Shown here piece by piece: positions 54,286 to 63,793 of a DNA stretch of 64,000 nt. The notes beneath the pieces are model-generated. The model searched no databases. It had not been told where the DNA came from and saw only the letters and a program-made list of their open reading frames with translations. The first letter of the stretch is position 1, and each line of letters begins with the position of its first letter. Source of the stretch: Candidatus Nomurabacteria bacterium (GTDB lineage: Bacteria; Patescibacteriota; Minisyncoccia; Phycocordibacterales; UBA9973); contig CALQYS010000001.1 of assembly GCA_943348755.1 (NCBI GenBank), forward strand, positions 1,467-65,466. Direction: 5' to 3'. Both the position numbers and the translations under genes were made by a program.

Positions 54286-55371
54286 ATGCCTGGAAATACA
54301 TTTGGACAATTATTCAAAATTACGACCTTCGGAGAATCTCATGGTGGCTGTGTGGGTGTAGTTATCGATGGCTGTCCGCCTGGGCTTTCGATAACCGAAG
54401 CAGAAATACAGAAAGAACTGGATAGAAGGAAACCAGGGCAGAGTGCCATAACTTCGCCTCGGGCAGAGCAAGACATCATTCACATAATGTCGGGTGTTAG
54501 TGATGGTAAAACAACCGGAACCCCAATTTTACTTCTAGCCTATAATAAAGACGCTAGATCAGAAGATTACGATGAGCTTAAAAATATTTACCGGCCCGGT
54601 CATGCTGATTTTACTTTTCAGATGAAGTACGGACTTCGTGATTGGAAAGGAAGTGGACGTGCATCGGCACGCGAAACGCTTGGCCGAGTGGCTGCCGGAG
54701 CTATTGCAAAAAAATATTTAAAAGAAAAATTCAATATCGAGTTTATCAGCTATGTTGAACAAGTCGGAGAAATAAAAACTAATGTCGATTTTAAAGAAGT
54801 TACATTAGGCGCTATTGAATCAAATATCATTCGTTGTCCTGATCAAAATATTGCTAAAAAGATGATCAAACTCGTTCAGTCTGTCAAAGCAGATGGAGAT
54901 TCGGTTGGTGGCATAATTAGGGGTGTAATTAGAAATCTGCCCGTAGGTTTGGGTGAACCGGTTTTTGATAAATTACCAGCAGACCTTGGTAAATCTATGC
55001 TCTCTATAAATGCGGTCAAGGGTTTTGACTTTGGTGGAGGGTTTGGATCTGTTAGTATGCGCGGAAGTGAACACAACGACGAATTTTACACAGATAAAAA
55101 AGGCAAGACTCGAACCAAGAGTAACAATGCGGGGGGGACATTGGGCGGTATTTCAAATGGCGAAGATTTATATTTTCGCGTCGCTTTTAAGCCCGTTTCC
55201 ACGATAATGAAAAAACAAAATACCATCAATTTGCAAGGTAAAAAGGTCACCATGGCAGCTCGTGGCAGACACGATCCATGTGTTTTGCCAAGGGCTGTAC
55301 CCATCGTCGATGCGATGTCGGCACTTGTGATAATGGATCATTTATTAAGACACAAGGCTCAAAACCAATGA
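54286..55371 (+). CDS. aroC: Chorismate synthase
   Basis: [26 protein letters not shown]; RPGHAD; GRHDPC. Confidence 0.93.
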   Translation: MPGNTFGQLFKITTFGESHGGCVGVVIDGCPPGLSITEAEIQKELDRRKPGQSAITSPRAEQDIIHIMSGVSDGKTTGTPILLLAYNKDARSEDYDELKNIYRPGHADFTFQMKYGLRDWKGSGRASARETLGRVAAGAIAKKYLKEKFNIEFISYVEQVGEIKTNVDFKEVTLGAIESNIIRCPDQNIAKKMIKLVQSVKADGDSVGGIIRGVIRNLPVGLGEPVFDKLPADLGKSMLSINAVKGFDFGGGFGSVSMRGSEHNDEFYTDKKGKTRTKSNNAGGTLGGISNGEDLYFRVAFKPVSTIMKKQNTINLQGKKVTMAARGRHDPCVLPRAVPIVDAMSALVIMDHLLRHKAQNQ

Positions 55372-55667
55372 ATAGTTTAATGAAACTAAGAAAAAATATA
55401 GATCAATTTGACAGAGAACTTATAAATATATTTTATAAGAGATTTTCTGTCGTTAAAAAGGTTGCCATGTATAAAAAACAAAATAATCTAAAGCCCCTCG
55501 ACTCTACCAGATGGCATGAAGTTGTCAGTAAAATGGTGCGTCTCTCAAAAAAGAAAAAGATCCCAGAGAATTTCATCAAATCGATTGCAAACTCTATACA
55601 TAAAGAATCTTTAAGAATAGAGAGAAATATTATCTCAAAAAATTTATTAAAAAATGCAAAGAAATAG
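55368..55667 (+). CDS. Chorismate mutase (AroQ class, monofunctional)
   Basis: [30 protein letters not shown] matches the CM_2 helix-1 signature; ATGA overlap with aroC. Confidence 0.7.
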   Translation: MNSLMKLRKNIDQFDRELINIFYKRFSVVKKVAMYKKQNNLKPLDSTRWHEVVSKMVRLSKKKKIPENFIKSIANSIHKESLRIERNIISKNLLKNAKK

Positions 55668-57003
55668 CAAAAAACATGTAGGAATTATCGGCGGCGGTAG
55701 GTTTACCGATACGCTTTTGCGACTTTTTGGTCAAGATTTCCAGATTACCGTTTGTGGTAAAAATAGAAAGTCTCTTCTTGCTCTTAAAAATAAATATTCT
55801 ATTAAAATAACAAAAAATCTAAAGGATTTGACAGTATGTGATGCAGTTATTTTTGCAGTGCCTATTTCTGAATTTGAAAAAGTAGTGTCGCAATATTCCC
55901 ATTTAATAAAAAAAGAACAGACTCTAATAGATGTTTTGTCCGTCAAGTCTTATCCTAAAAAGGTTTTTCGAAATATAATCAAAAATAAAAACATTAATAT
56001 TTTGTGCACACACCCTGTGTTTGGTCCAGACAGTAGCAAGGAAGGATTTAAAGGTTTACCCATGATGATCGATGACGGCATGTGTGAAAATGGTGAATCG
56101 AAATTTTGGAAGAAGTATTTTAAAAATAAAGGTTTGAGAATCATTGAAATTTCATGTAAAGAACATGATAAGCTAACGGCTCGTTCACAAGGCCTAACTC
56201 ATTTTATCGGTAGAATGCTCTCTGATTTTGATATTAAAACCAGCCCTATTGATACTTTGGGTACTAGAAAACTTTTTGAAATCAAAGAACAGACTTGTCA
56301 TGACACCTGGCAGCTTTTTTATGATTTACAGCACAATAATCCATATACTAAAGAGATGAGAATGAATCTCCAGAAAAGTTTCGATACCCTTTTTAATAAA
56401 CTTTTACCAGAGGTCGTGTATAAACGTTCTGCGATTTTTGGTATTCAGGGCGCACGTGGAAGTTTCTCCGAACAAGCGATACAAGAATACGTAAAAAGAA
56501 AAAATATTAAAAATTTTTCGATAAAATATTTATTTACATCAAAAAAAGTTCTCGACGAACTTTTTAAAGGGAAAATCGATTTTGGTTTATGCGCTCTTCA
56601 TAACAATATCGGAGGCGTAGTTGAAGAAACCCTACACGCAATAGCCCAACATAAATGCAGCATCGTTTTCGAATTTGGGATAAAGATCAGACATTTTCTC
56701 ATGAAAAGAAAGGATGTTAGTTTAAAAGAGATAACCCACATTATTGCCCATCCGCAGGTATTTAGGCAATGCAAGAATAATCTTAAAAGATTTTATCCAA
56801 ATTTAGAAACGATAAGTGGAAAAGGGGATCTAGTCGACACAGCTCGTGCAGCCGAATCTCTTTCGAAGAGTAAATTACCGAAGACTTACGCCATTTTAGG
56901 ATCAAAATCCATAGCGGATTTGTACAATTTAGAAATCATAAAATCAGATCTGCAAGATGATAAGGAAAACTTCACCTCTTTTGTTCTATTAAAGAGACTA
57001 TAG
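55654..57003 (+). CDS. tyrA: Fused prephenate dehydrogenase (TyrA) / prephenate dehydratase (PDT) protein, no ACT domain
   Basis: N-terminal Rossmann VGIIGGGRF and TyrA core (CTHPVFGP); C-terminal PDT-like domain (IFGIQGARGSFSEQA...IAHPQVFRQC). Confidence 0.65.
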   Translation: MQRNSKKHVGIIGGGRFTDTLLRLFGQDFQITVCGKNRKSLLALKNKYSIKITKNLKDLTVCDAVIFAVPISEFEKVVSQYSHLIKKEQTLIDVLSVKSYPKKVFRNIIKNKNINILCTHPVFGPDSSKEGFKGLPMMIDDGMCENGESKFWKKYFKNKGLRIIEISCKEHDKLTARSQGLTHFIGRMLSDFDIKTSPIDTLGTRKLFEIKEQTCHDTWQLFYDLQHNNPYTKEMRMNLQKSFDTLFNKLLPEVVYKRSAIFGIQGARGSFSEQAIQEYVKRKNIKNFSIKYLFTSKKVLDELFKGKIDFGLCALHNNIGGVVEETLHAIAQHKCSIVFEFGIKIRHFLMKRKDVSLKEITHIIAHPQVFRQCKNNLKRFYPNLETISGKGDLVDTARAAESLSKSKLPKTYAILGSKSIADLYNLEIIKSDLQDDKENFTSFVLLKRL

Positions 57004-57104
57004 ATTTTTAATCCATTATGTTAGAATAATTTTACTACTTGTCCCGTTAGAAAATCTGCGGGCTTGTGTGAATATAGATATTATTATTTTAATTTTCTAA
57101 TGGG

Positions 57105-58439
57105 ATGCAAAATAGGACTTATATTAAAGACTTAAAAGATCACGTTGGTAAGGAGATAATTGTGGCCGGATGGGTGGACGTCAGGCGTGATCAAGGGAAA
57201 ATGGTCTTTTTTGACATGCGAGATGTGACAGGTAAAGTACAGTGTGTGGCTTTGCCTAGCAGAGCTGAAGTTATAGAAAAAGCAAAGACAATTCGACCAG
57301 AATGGGTTTTAAAAATTACTGGCTTAGTCAATAAACGTCCAGCCAAAAATGTAAAAGCAGGAGTTTTAAATGGTGAGGTAGAGCTCGAAGTTACGATGAT
57401 CGAAGTTCTTTCTGGGGCATTAGATTTACCCTTTGAACTTAACGAATCAGTAAACCTCGATACGTATCTTGATAATCTTCCGTACACATTGCGTTCAGAG
57501 AGGACAAAAGATATTTTTACAATGCAGTCAACGATTCTTGAAGCCTACCGTTCTTCACTGCGATCTCAAGGATTTACAGAATTTGTCGCCCCAGCGCTTG
57601 TCGGTGGAGACGCCGAAGGGGGAGCAGCAGCTTTTAAGGTGGATTATTTTAAAGACAAGATAGCATTTCTGGCCACCAGTCCGCAATTTTATAAACAGAT
57701 CATGGTGGGTCCTTTTGAGCGTGCTTTTACAGTGGCGAAAATTTTTAGAGCCGAAAAAAGTGCAACCACTAGGCACTTAAGCGAGGCTACATGTTTAGAT
57801 TTCGAGATGGGTTTTATTGAAAATGAGTCTGAACCAATGAAAGTCCTTGAGAATGCGATAAAAGATACCGTGCGTACAGTGGGCAAGATGCACCAAGATA
57901 TCTTTACTCGTTTTAATTCATCTGTGCCGGAGATTCCAGAAAAAATCCCAGTCTTCACTCTTGCCGAAGCACAAGATCTTATCACTAAAGAATTTAATCG
58001 TACTACTGAAGATAAAAATGACATGTCTCCAGAAGACGAACGCCAAATATGTGAATACGCGAAGAAAAATCTTAAATCCGATTTTGTATTTATCACTAGA
58101 TTCCCTACAAAAAAGCGTGCTTTCTATACCTACGAAGATCCAAAGGAGGCGCCTTTTTCTCGAGGCTTTGATTTGCTTTTCCGAGGACTAGAAATAAATA
58201 GTGGAGCGCAACGCATACATAATTATGAAGATCTCGTTAGGCGTATTGTAGATAGGGGCATGGATCCAAGCAAATTCTCATATTATCTTCAAGCATTTAA
58301 ATACGGCATGCCCCCTCATGGAGGGTCTTCTACTGGCCTAGAGCGCTTCACTGCCAGAATGCTTGAACTTGTAAACGTAAAAGAGGCGACTTCATTCCCG
58401 AGGGACATGACTCGTATAGATAGTAGACTTTCAGAATAA
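57105..58439 (+). CDS. aspS: Class IIb aspartyl/asparaginyl-tRNA synthetase (compact archaeal/eukaryotic-type AspRS or AsnRS)
   Basis: N-terminal OB fold; motif 2 FRAE.SATTRHLSE; motif 3 GG...GLERF; 444 aa, no GAD insertion domain. Confidence 0.85.
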   Translation: MQNRTYIKDLKDHVGKEIIVAGWVDVRRDQGKMVFFDMRDVTGKVQCVALPSRAEVIEKAKTIRPEWVLKITGLVNKRPAKNVKAGVLNGEVELEVTMIEVLSGALDLPFELNESVNLDTYLDNLPYTLRSERTKDIFTMQSTILEAYRSSLRSQGFTEFVAPALVGGDAEGGAAAFKVDYFKDKIAFLATSPQFYKQIMVGPFERAFTVAKIFRAEKSATTRHLSEATCLDFEMGFIENESEPMKVLENAIKDTVRTVGKMHQDIFTRFNSSVPEIPEKIPVFTLAEAQDLITKEFNRTTEDKNDMSPEDERQICEYAKKNLKSDFVFITRFPTKKRAFYTYEDPKEAPFSRGFDLLFRGLEINSGAQRIHNYEDLVRRIVDRGMDPSKFSYYLQAFKYGMPPHGGSSTGLERFTARMLELVNVKEATSFPRDMTRIDSRLSE

Positions 58440-58445
58440 ATTTAG

Positions 58446-58784
58446 ATGCAGTATATAATTTCGGGCAAAGTGATAAAAGGTGATGAGTATGGCCGAAAAA
58501 TTGGCTTTCCAACAGTAAACTTAGAGGTGAATCTAGGGCAGCTTCCTTCTGATGGAGTTTACTGTGGCATGGCTACGCTTGATGTTAAGAAATACATGGC
58601 TGGAATAGTTGTCGGCCCAAAAGGTAAGATCGAGGCCCACATAATCGGCTATAGTGGAGACGCTTATGGTCGACCGGTGACTTTGCAGATAAATAAATTC
58701 CTCAGAGAATACAAAAAATTTGATAGTGAAGAAGAGTTGATCAAGCAGATAAAAAAAGATATAGACATATGTTCACAGGCATAA
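58446..58784 (+). CDS. ribK: Monofunctional riboflavin kinase (flavokinase domain only)
   Basis: GDEYGRKIGFPTVNL...DGVYCG......GRPVTLQINKFLREYKKFDSEEELIKQIKKD matches the RibF C-terminal domain; no FAD-synthetase domain. Confidence 0.7.
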   Translation: MQYIISGKVIKGDEYGRKIGFPTVNLEVNLGQLPSDGVYCGMATLDVKKYMAGIVVGPKGKIEAHIIGYSGDAYGRPVTLQINKFLREYKKFDSEEELIKQIKKDIDICSQA

Positions 58785-59395
58785 TTTCCAAAACTTCGAA
58801 AGTATCTAGTGTTAAGTCCAGCAGGGGTGGTTTCCTTTTAGAAGTTTCAAATAATTTAGGAAAATTAAAAATAGGTGAAAGCATCAATGTAAATGGCGTT
58901 TGTTCTACGGTCAAAAAATTTACCCCGAAGAAAGACGGGGCTGGCCAAAATATTTCTTTTGAATACATGCCAGAGACTTTACAACTTACCAATTTAACTA
59001 TCTTGAAAAAGGGTAATGTGGTGAATATGGAAAGATCTATGCAAGCGGGCGACAGAATAAGCGGACACATAGTACTAGGTCATATCGACGGAACAGGTAA
59101 AATAATTAGTATAAAAAAAGAAGGCAACTCGCAAGTTTTTGATATAAAAACGCCAGATAAAAAATTCATGAAATTTTTGGTCTATAAAGGATCAGTTGCA
59201 GTCGAAGGTGCAAGTTTGACTGTGGTAAAAGTAAAAAAAGATTCTTTTATTGTAAAAATTATTCCACATACTCTCAAACATACAAATTTAATATTCAAAA
59301 AAGAGCATGATGCAGTTAATCTAGAATTTGATATACTTGCCAAATATGCAGATAAAAGAAGGGGCAAAAAAGCCAAAGAACTTAGATGGAAGTAA
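58769..59395 (+). CDS. ribE: Riboflavin synthase alpha subunit
   Basis: MFTGII, two lumazine-binding repeats (NGVCSTV / GSVAVEGASLTV). Confidence 0.9.
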   Translation: MFTGIISKTSKVSSVKSSRGGFLLEVSNNLGKLKIGESINVNGVCSTVKKFTPKKDGAGQNISFEYMPETLQLTNLTILKKGNVVNMERSMQAGDRISGHIVLGHIDGTGKIISIKKEGNSQVFDIKTPDKKFMKFLVYKGSVAVEGASLTVVKVKKDSFIVKIIPHTLKHTNLIFKKEHDAVNLEFDILAKYADKRRGKKAKELRWK

Positions 59396-59801
59396 GTTAA
59401 GGGTAGGTATTGTTAATGCTCGCTGGAATTTTGAAATTACAAATGATCTTTTAAATAGTTCACTTAAAGCTCTAAAGGAGTCCAAGATTCTTGAAAAAAA
59501 TATTAAAGTGGCGCATGTGGCTGGGGCCGTCGAGATACCTTTTGCTTTACATAAATTTGCGCAGACTAAAAAGTATGATTTTCTGGTTGCCATTGCTTGC
59601 ATTATAAAAGGGGAGACTCCACATTTTGATTATGTATGTAAAATGGCGCAGGAGGGGATTTTGAAAGTCATGATTGAGGACAACATCCCAGTTGGTTTTG
59701 GTGTATTAACAATGAATAATCTGGAGCAAGCAAAGGCCAGGATTCACGTCGGCGGCGAAGCAGCCCTAGCAGCCCTTGAGCTTGCTTTGATGAAAGAATA
59801 A
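59346..59801 (+). CDS. ribH: 6,7-dimethyl-8-ribityllumazine synthase
   Basis: [10 protein letters not shown]...[13 protein letters not shown]...GETPHFDYV...GFGVLT; start at the ATG at 59346 overlaps ribE by 50 nt. Confidence 0.85.
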   Translation: MQIKEGAKKPKNLDGSKLRVGIVNARWNFEITNDLLNSSLKALKESKILEKNIKVAHVAGAVEIPFALHKFAQTKKYDFLVAIACIIKGETPHFDYVCKMAQEGILKVMIEDNIPVGFGVLTMNNLEQAKARIHVGGEAALAALELALMKE

Positions 59802-59803
59802 AT

Positions 59804-61039
59804 ATGGAAAACAAAACCACAAAAAAATATAAGTTGAATTCTATAGAAGAAGCTATTTCTGATATCAAATCTGGCAAGGTTGTGATAGTGGTAGATGACG
59901 CTAGTAGAGAGAATGAAGGAGATTTTATTACCGCTGCCGCCAATGTGACTCCCGAGATGATAAATTTTATGGCGACCCACGGCCGCGGTTTGATATGTGC
60001 GTCAATCACCGAAGAAAGATGCAAGGAACTTGAGCTTCCGATGATGTCTCCGAAAAATACTTCTTTCCAATCTACCTCTTTCACTGTTTCTGTGGATTTA
60101 CTGGGGCGTGGTTGCACGACTGGCATTTCCGCGCATGATCGAGCAAAGACCATACAGGCATTAATTGATCCCTCTACAAAACCCAAAGATCTCGGACGTC
60201 CGGGGCATATTTTCCCAATTCAAGAGAAAAGAGGTGGAGTCTTAAGACGTTCTGGCCATACAGAAGCTGCTCTCGACTTAGCACGTTTGGCTGGCATGAA
60301 ACCAGCCGGTGTTCTTGTTGAAATTATGAACAAAGATGGCAGTATGGCTCGCTTGCCTGACTTATTAAAAATAGCCAAAAAATTTGATTTAAAAATTATA
60401 AGCATTGAAGAGCTTATACGTTATCGACTTAAAAACGAAACTTTAATAAAAAGGGAAGTTCAAGTTAAATTGCCGACCCAATGGGGTGATTTTGATTTAT
60501 ATGCTTATAGCCGTAAAGATACGGGCGAAGAGCATTTAGCTTTAGTAAAAGGGAAATGGGACAAAAATGAGCCCGTGTTGGTGCGTGTGCATTCTTCTTG
60601 TATGACCGGAGATATTTTCGGTTCATTACGCTGCGACTGCGGTCCCCAGCTACACACTGCTATGGAAAAAGTGGCGCAGGAGGGTAGGGGTGTGATTCTC
60701 TATATGAATCAAGAGGGTAGAGGGATTGGCTTATTAAATAAATTAAAAGCTTACAAGCTTCAGGAAGGTGGCTTGGATACTGTAGAGGCAAATCTAAAAC
60801 TGGGTTTCAAGATGGACGAGCGTGATTACGGTATTGGGGCACAAATTTTACGGGACTTAGGTGTTTCTAAAATGAGACTTCTCACCAACAATCCGACTAA
60901 ACGTGCCGGCCTCGCTGCCTATGGTCTTGAAATTATAGAAAATGTGCCCATAGAGATAAAATCTAATGAAAATAATAAGTCATATCTTATTACCAAGCGC
61001 AACAAAATGGGCCATATATTAAATTTAGATGAGCTTTAA
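59804..61039 (+). CDS. ribBA: Bifunctional 3,4-dihydroxy-2-butanone-4-phosphate synthase / GTP cyclohydrolase II
   Basis: RibB: [21 protein letters not shown]; RibA: [20 protein letters not shown]. Confidence 0.93.
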   Translation: MENKTTKKYKLNSIEEAISDIKSGKVVIVVDDASRENEGDFITAAANVTPEMINFMATHGRGLICASITEERCKELELPMMSPKNTSFQSTSFTVSVDLLGRGCTTGISAHDRAKTIQALIDPSTKPKDLGRPGHIFPIQEKRGGVLRRSGHTEAALDLARLAGMKPAGVLVEIMNKDGSMARLPDLLKIAKKFDLKIISIEELIRYRLKNETLIKREVQVKLPTQWGDFDLYAYSRKDTGEEHLALVKGKWDKNEPVLVRVHSSCMTGDIFGSLRCDCGPQLHTAMEKVAQEGRGVILYMNQEGRGIGLLNKLKAYKLQEGGLDTVEANLKLGFKMDERDYGIGAQILRDLGVSKMRLLTNNPTKRAGLAAYGLEIIENVPIEIKSNENNKSYLITKRNKMGHILNLDEL

Positions 61040-61048
61040 AATTATCAC

Positions 61049-62089
61049 TTAGTGAATATAAGTATATAGTTTATCTGATCCAATTTTTTCTACTTTTGTC
61101 GGACGTAAGTTTAAAAGGGGTGCCCTTACGCCATCTTTTATTTCTTTGTTTGCTTGAAAGATAAGTATTTCATCCCATAAATCATTTTCAATAAAACTGT
61201 TTAGAAGCCGAGTCCCACCCTCTACCATCACACTTTGAATTTCTCTTTTATAAAGTCTTTTCAGGATTTGTGGAAGTATATTTTTTCTAAAATTAATTTT
61301 AATAAATTCTAAATTATTTTTTGAATTTGTCTTTTTTGCTGTAAATATGATCGTAGGGACACTTTGATCTAGCAAATTAAAATGTCTTGGTATTTTTAAA
61401 TCTCGATCTATTACTATCCGTAAAGGGTTTTTACCTTTTACCTCACGAGTTGTTAAGTGTGGGTTATCAAGTAGCGCCGTATTGGTGCCGACCATGATTG
61501 CTTGTACTTGGCTCCTTAATTTATGCGTTAAAACTTTTGATTCCTGGCCACTTATTTGCATTGCTTTTTTGGTGTCGCCGAAGGAACGTTTTGCATCAAT
61601 AAATCCATCGGCAGTCTCCGCCCATTTTAAAATGGTATAAGGACGTTTCTTTTCGTAGTAAGTAAAAAAAGTTTTGTTTAATCTTTTGCATTCTTTTTCC
61701 AATATGCTGATTTTTACATCAACACCGGCACTCTTTAGTTTCTTTATTCCTCGTCCATTTACTTTCGCGAAAGCATCTATACAACCGATGACAACGCGTG
61801 GAATTTTATATTTAATGATTAAATCAGCGCAAGGGGGTGTTTTCCCGAAATGTGAGCATGGTTCCAAATTTACGTATAGAGTAGCCTTTTGCAATAATTC
61901 TTTGTTTGAAACCGAATTTATTACATTCACTTCCGCATGAGCTTTTCCGTATTGCTCGTGATATCCAGTTCCTATTATTCTATTATCAGCCACAATTACA
62001 CTACCCACCATTGGATTCGGGGCTACATTACCCAAGCCTTTTACTGCAAGCTCAAGGCAAAGTTTCATATATTTTTCTTCTTTTGTCAT
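61049..62089 (-). CDS. ribD: Bifunctional riboflavin biosynthesis protein RibD (deaminase / reductase)
   Basis: CMP/dCMP deaminase Zn motif HAEVNVI...PCSHFGKTPPC; C-terminal RibD reductase domain. Confidence 0.9.
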   Translation of the reverse strand: MTKEEKYMKLCLELAVKGLGNVAPNPMVGSVIVADNRIIGTGYHEQYGKAHAEVNVINSVSNKELLQKATLYVNLEPCSHFGKTPPCADLIIKYKIPRVVIGCIDAFAKVNGRGIKKLKSAGVDVKISILEKECKRLNKTFFTYYEKKRPYTILKWAETADGFIDAKRSFGDTKKAMQISGQESKVLTHKLRSQVQAIMVGTNTALLDNPHLTTREVKGKNPLRIVIDRDLKIPRHFNLLDQSVPTIIFTAKKTNSKNNLEFIKINFRKNILPQILKRLYKREIQSVMVEGGTRLLNSFIENDLWDEILIFQANKEIKDGVRAPLLNLRPTKVEKIGSDKLYTYIH

Positions 62090-62100
62090 AACTTTCTTAT

Positions 62101-62979
62101 CTACTTTTTAGGGATTTCCAGTGTTTCCACTAACGTATCAAAAGTCACATTTTTCACTGCAATCGTATTAGTGATGAATAGTTCACTGCAAGGATTATTT
62201 AATATTTTCTCCGCGATTCTATGGCCAGCAAAGACCCCATGCGTCGCTCCCACGATTATCTTCTGTGCACCGCGAGATTTTAAGTGTTCGATGGCGCGAA
62301 TGACTGTCCCGCCAGTTGAGATGATGTCGTCTAAGATACACACATTCTGGCCTTCGACATCTATTTCTCCCTCCATCGTGTCTATATCAGCGTGAATGCC
62401 CGTCTCTATGCCCACTGCTTTGCTTTCTTGGCGGACTTTCTTAAGCGAGTGTCCTTTTTGTCCTTTTGCGTTTTCAATAAAATATGAAGATCCTTCATCG
62501 GGCGACACGACTACAAATTTTTCTTTGCCAAAATATTTCTTAGCATAAGCGAAAAGTTGCTTACCGGCCGACCTGTTTTCTATATTTAGTCCGTTCCTCG
62601 TAAAATTACCCGGCTTTGGTAGAAAATGACAGTCATAGGTAATTAATTTCTTCACTCCATAACTTTTTAAAAGTCCACACAGTACATCTGCACTGACAGC
62701 TTCGCCGTTTTTATTCTCTCTGTCTTGGCGAGCGTAGGGGAGGTAGGGGACAAAAAGTTCGATGTTTTTCGTTTCCCTTTTTAGGCGCGACAAAAGCATT
62801 AGAAGCTCAAAGATTCTTTTGTCTGGGTCAGAATATAGTCGGTGATAGACCATCACGTTTTTATTTTTTAAGCTCTTAATTTGAGGAATCAAGACATATG
62901 ATTCAGCATCAGGGAAATGTTTGATGATGACGTTTGGCTTACCGAAATCCGTGCAGTACGGGGTGATTAATTTTTGCAT
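62101..62979 (-). CDS. prs: Ribose-phosphate pyrophosphokinase (PRPP synthetase)
   Basis: VVVSPDEGS, PRPP-binding ILDDIISTGGT; start set at the internal ATG at 62979. Confidence 0.88.
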   Translation of the reverse strand: MQKLITPYCTDFGKPNVIIKHFPDAESYVLIPQIKSLKNKNVMVYHRLYSDPDKRIFELLMLLSRLKRETKNIELFVPYLPYARQDRENKNGEAVSADVLCGLLKSYGVKKLITYDCHFLPKPGNFTRNGLNIENRSAGKQLFAYAKKYFGKEKFVVVSPDEGSSYFIENAKGQKGHSLKKVRQESKAVGIETGIHADIDTMEGEIDVEGQNVCILDDIISTGGTVIRAIEHLKSRGAQKIIVGATHGVFAGHRIAEKILNNPCSELFITNTIAVKNVTFDTLVETLEIPKK

Positions 62980-63016
62980 GCACAGATTGTATATTATTGT
63001 GATAAAATATACAAAT

Positions 63017-63352
63017 ATGGTGAATGATTTATTAAAGAAAAAATGTGTGCCTTGTGAAAAGAAGGGAATAAAGCCCTTCGACAAGGCCGAAGCACAAAAA
63101 TATGTTGACCAAGCTCTTGGTTGGGTACTCGACCAAGATGCTAGAAAAATTTCTAAAGAATTTAAATTTCAAGATTTTATCGGGGCGATAAATTTCGTAG
63201 AGCGTGTGGCAGACATCGCCGAGATGGAGGGGCATCATCCAGATATTCATATTCACTATAACAAAGTTTTACTCGAGCTTTCCACTCACGCCATCGGCGG
63301 GCTTTCCGAGAATGATTTTATCGTTGCAGCCAAAATCGACGCACATAATTAA
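63017..63352 (+). CDS. Pterin-4a-carbinolamine dehydratase (PCD/DCoH)
   Basis: GW........F.F.DF..A..F...VA..AE.EGHHPD signature. Confidence 0.85.
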   Translation: MVNDLLKKKCVPCEKKGIKPFDKAEAQKYVDQALGWVLDQDARKISKEFKFQDFIGAINFVERVADIAEMEGHHPDIHIHYNKVLLELSTHAIGGLSENDFIVAAKIDAHN

Positions 63353-63361
63353 ATAAAAATG

Positions 63362-63397
63362 CTGCACCAAAAATTTAGATGCAGCATTCGTGAATTA
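63362..63397. terminator. Bidirectional terminator hairpin (AATGCTGCA...TGCAGCATT) between the PCD gene (+) and hisI (-)
   Basis: 9-bp perfect stem flanked by A/T runs. Confidence 0.6.
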
Positions 63398-63793
63398 TAT
63401 CCCAATACTGTTACTTATTTCTATGAGCATTGTTTTAAGTGAACCATGCTCTGAGTCAAGACTCGATCCGATCACTGAACGCCAGAAACAGGTATACTTG
63501 CCAGTGTGGCAGGCACCTTGTCCTTGCTGGATAACTCTATAGATGATTGCATCACCATCACAGTCGATGCGGATAGATCTCACTTTCTGGATATTCCCAC
63601 TTTCTTCTCCCTTTTTCCAAATTTTTCGGCGTGAAGTAGAAAAATAGTGAGCTTCTCCGGTTTTGAGCGTAAGCATAAATGCTTTTTTGCTCGCAAAGGC
63701 TACCATCAAGATGTTTCCTGTATTGTAATCTTGCGTTACCACTGTGATGAGCCCACCTCTTTTTGTAAAGTTGGGTACAAGGATTGTTTGCAT
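63395..63793 (-). CDS. hisI: Phosphoribosyl-AMP cyclohydrolase
   Basis: GLITVVTQDYNTGNILMVAF..EA...T...GEAHYFSTSR..IWKKGEESGN.QKV..I..DCDGDAIIY.V.Q.G.ACHTG. Confidence 0.85.
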   Translation of the reverse strand: MQTILVPNFTKRGGLITVVTQDYNTGNILMVAFASKKAFMLTLKTGEAHYFSTSRRKIWKKGEESGNIQKVRSIRIDCDGDAIIYRVIQQGQGACHTGKYTCFWRSVIGSSLDSEHGSLKTMLIEISNSIGI

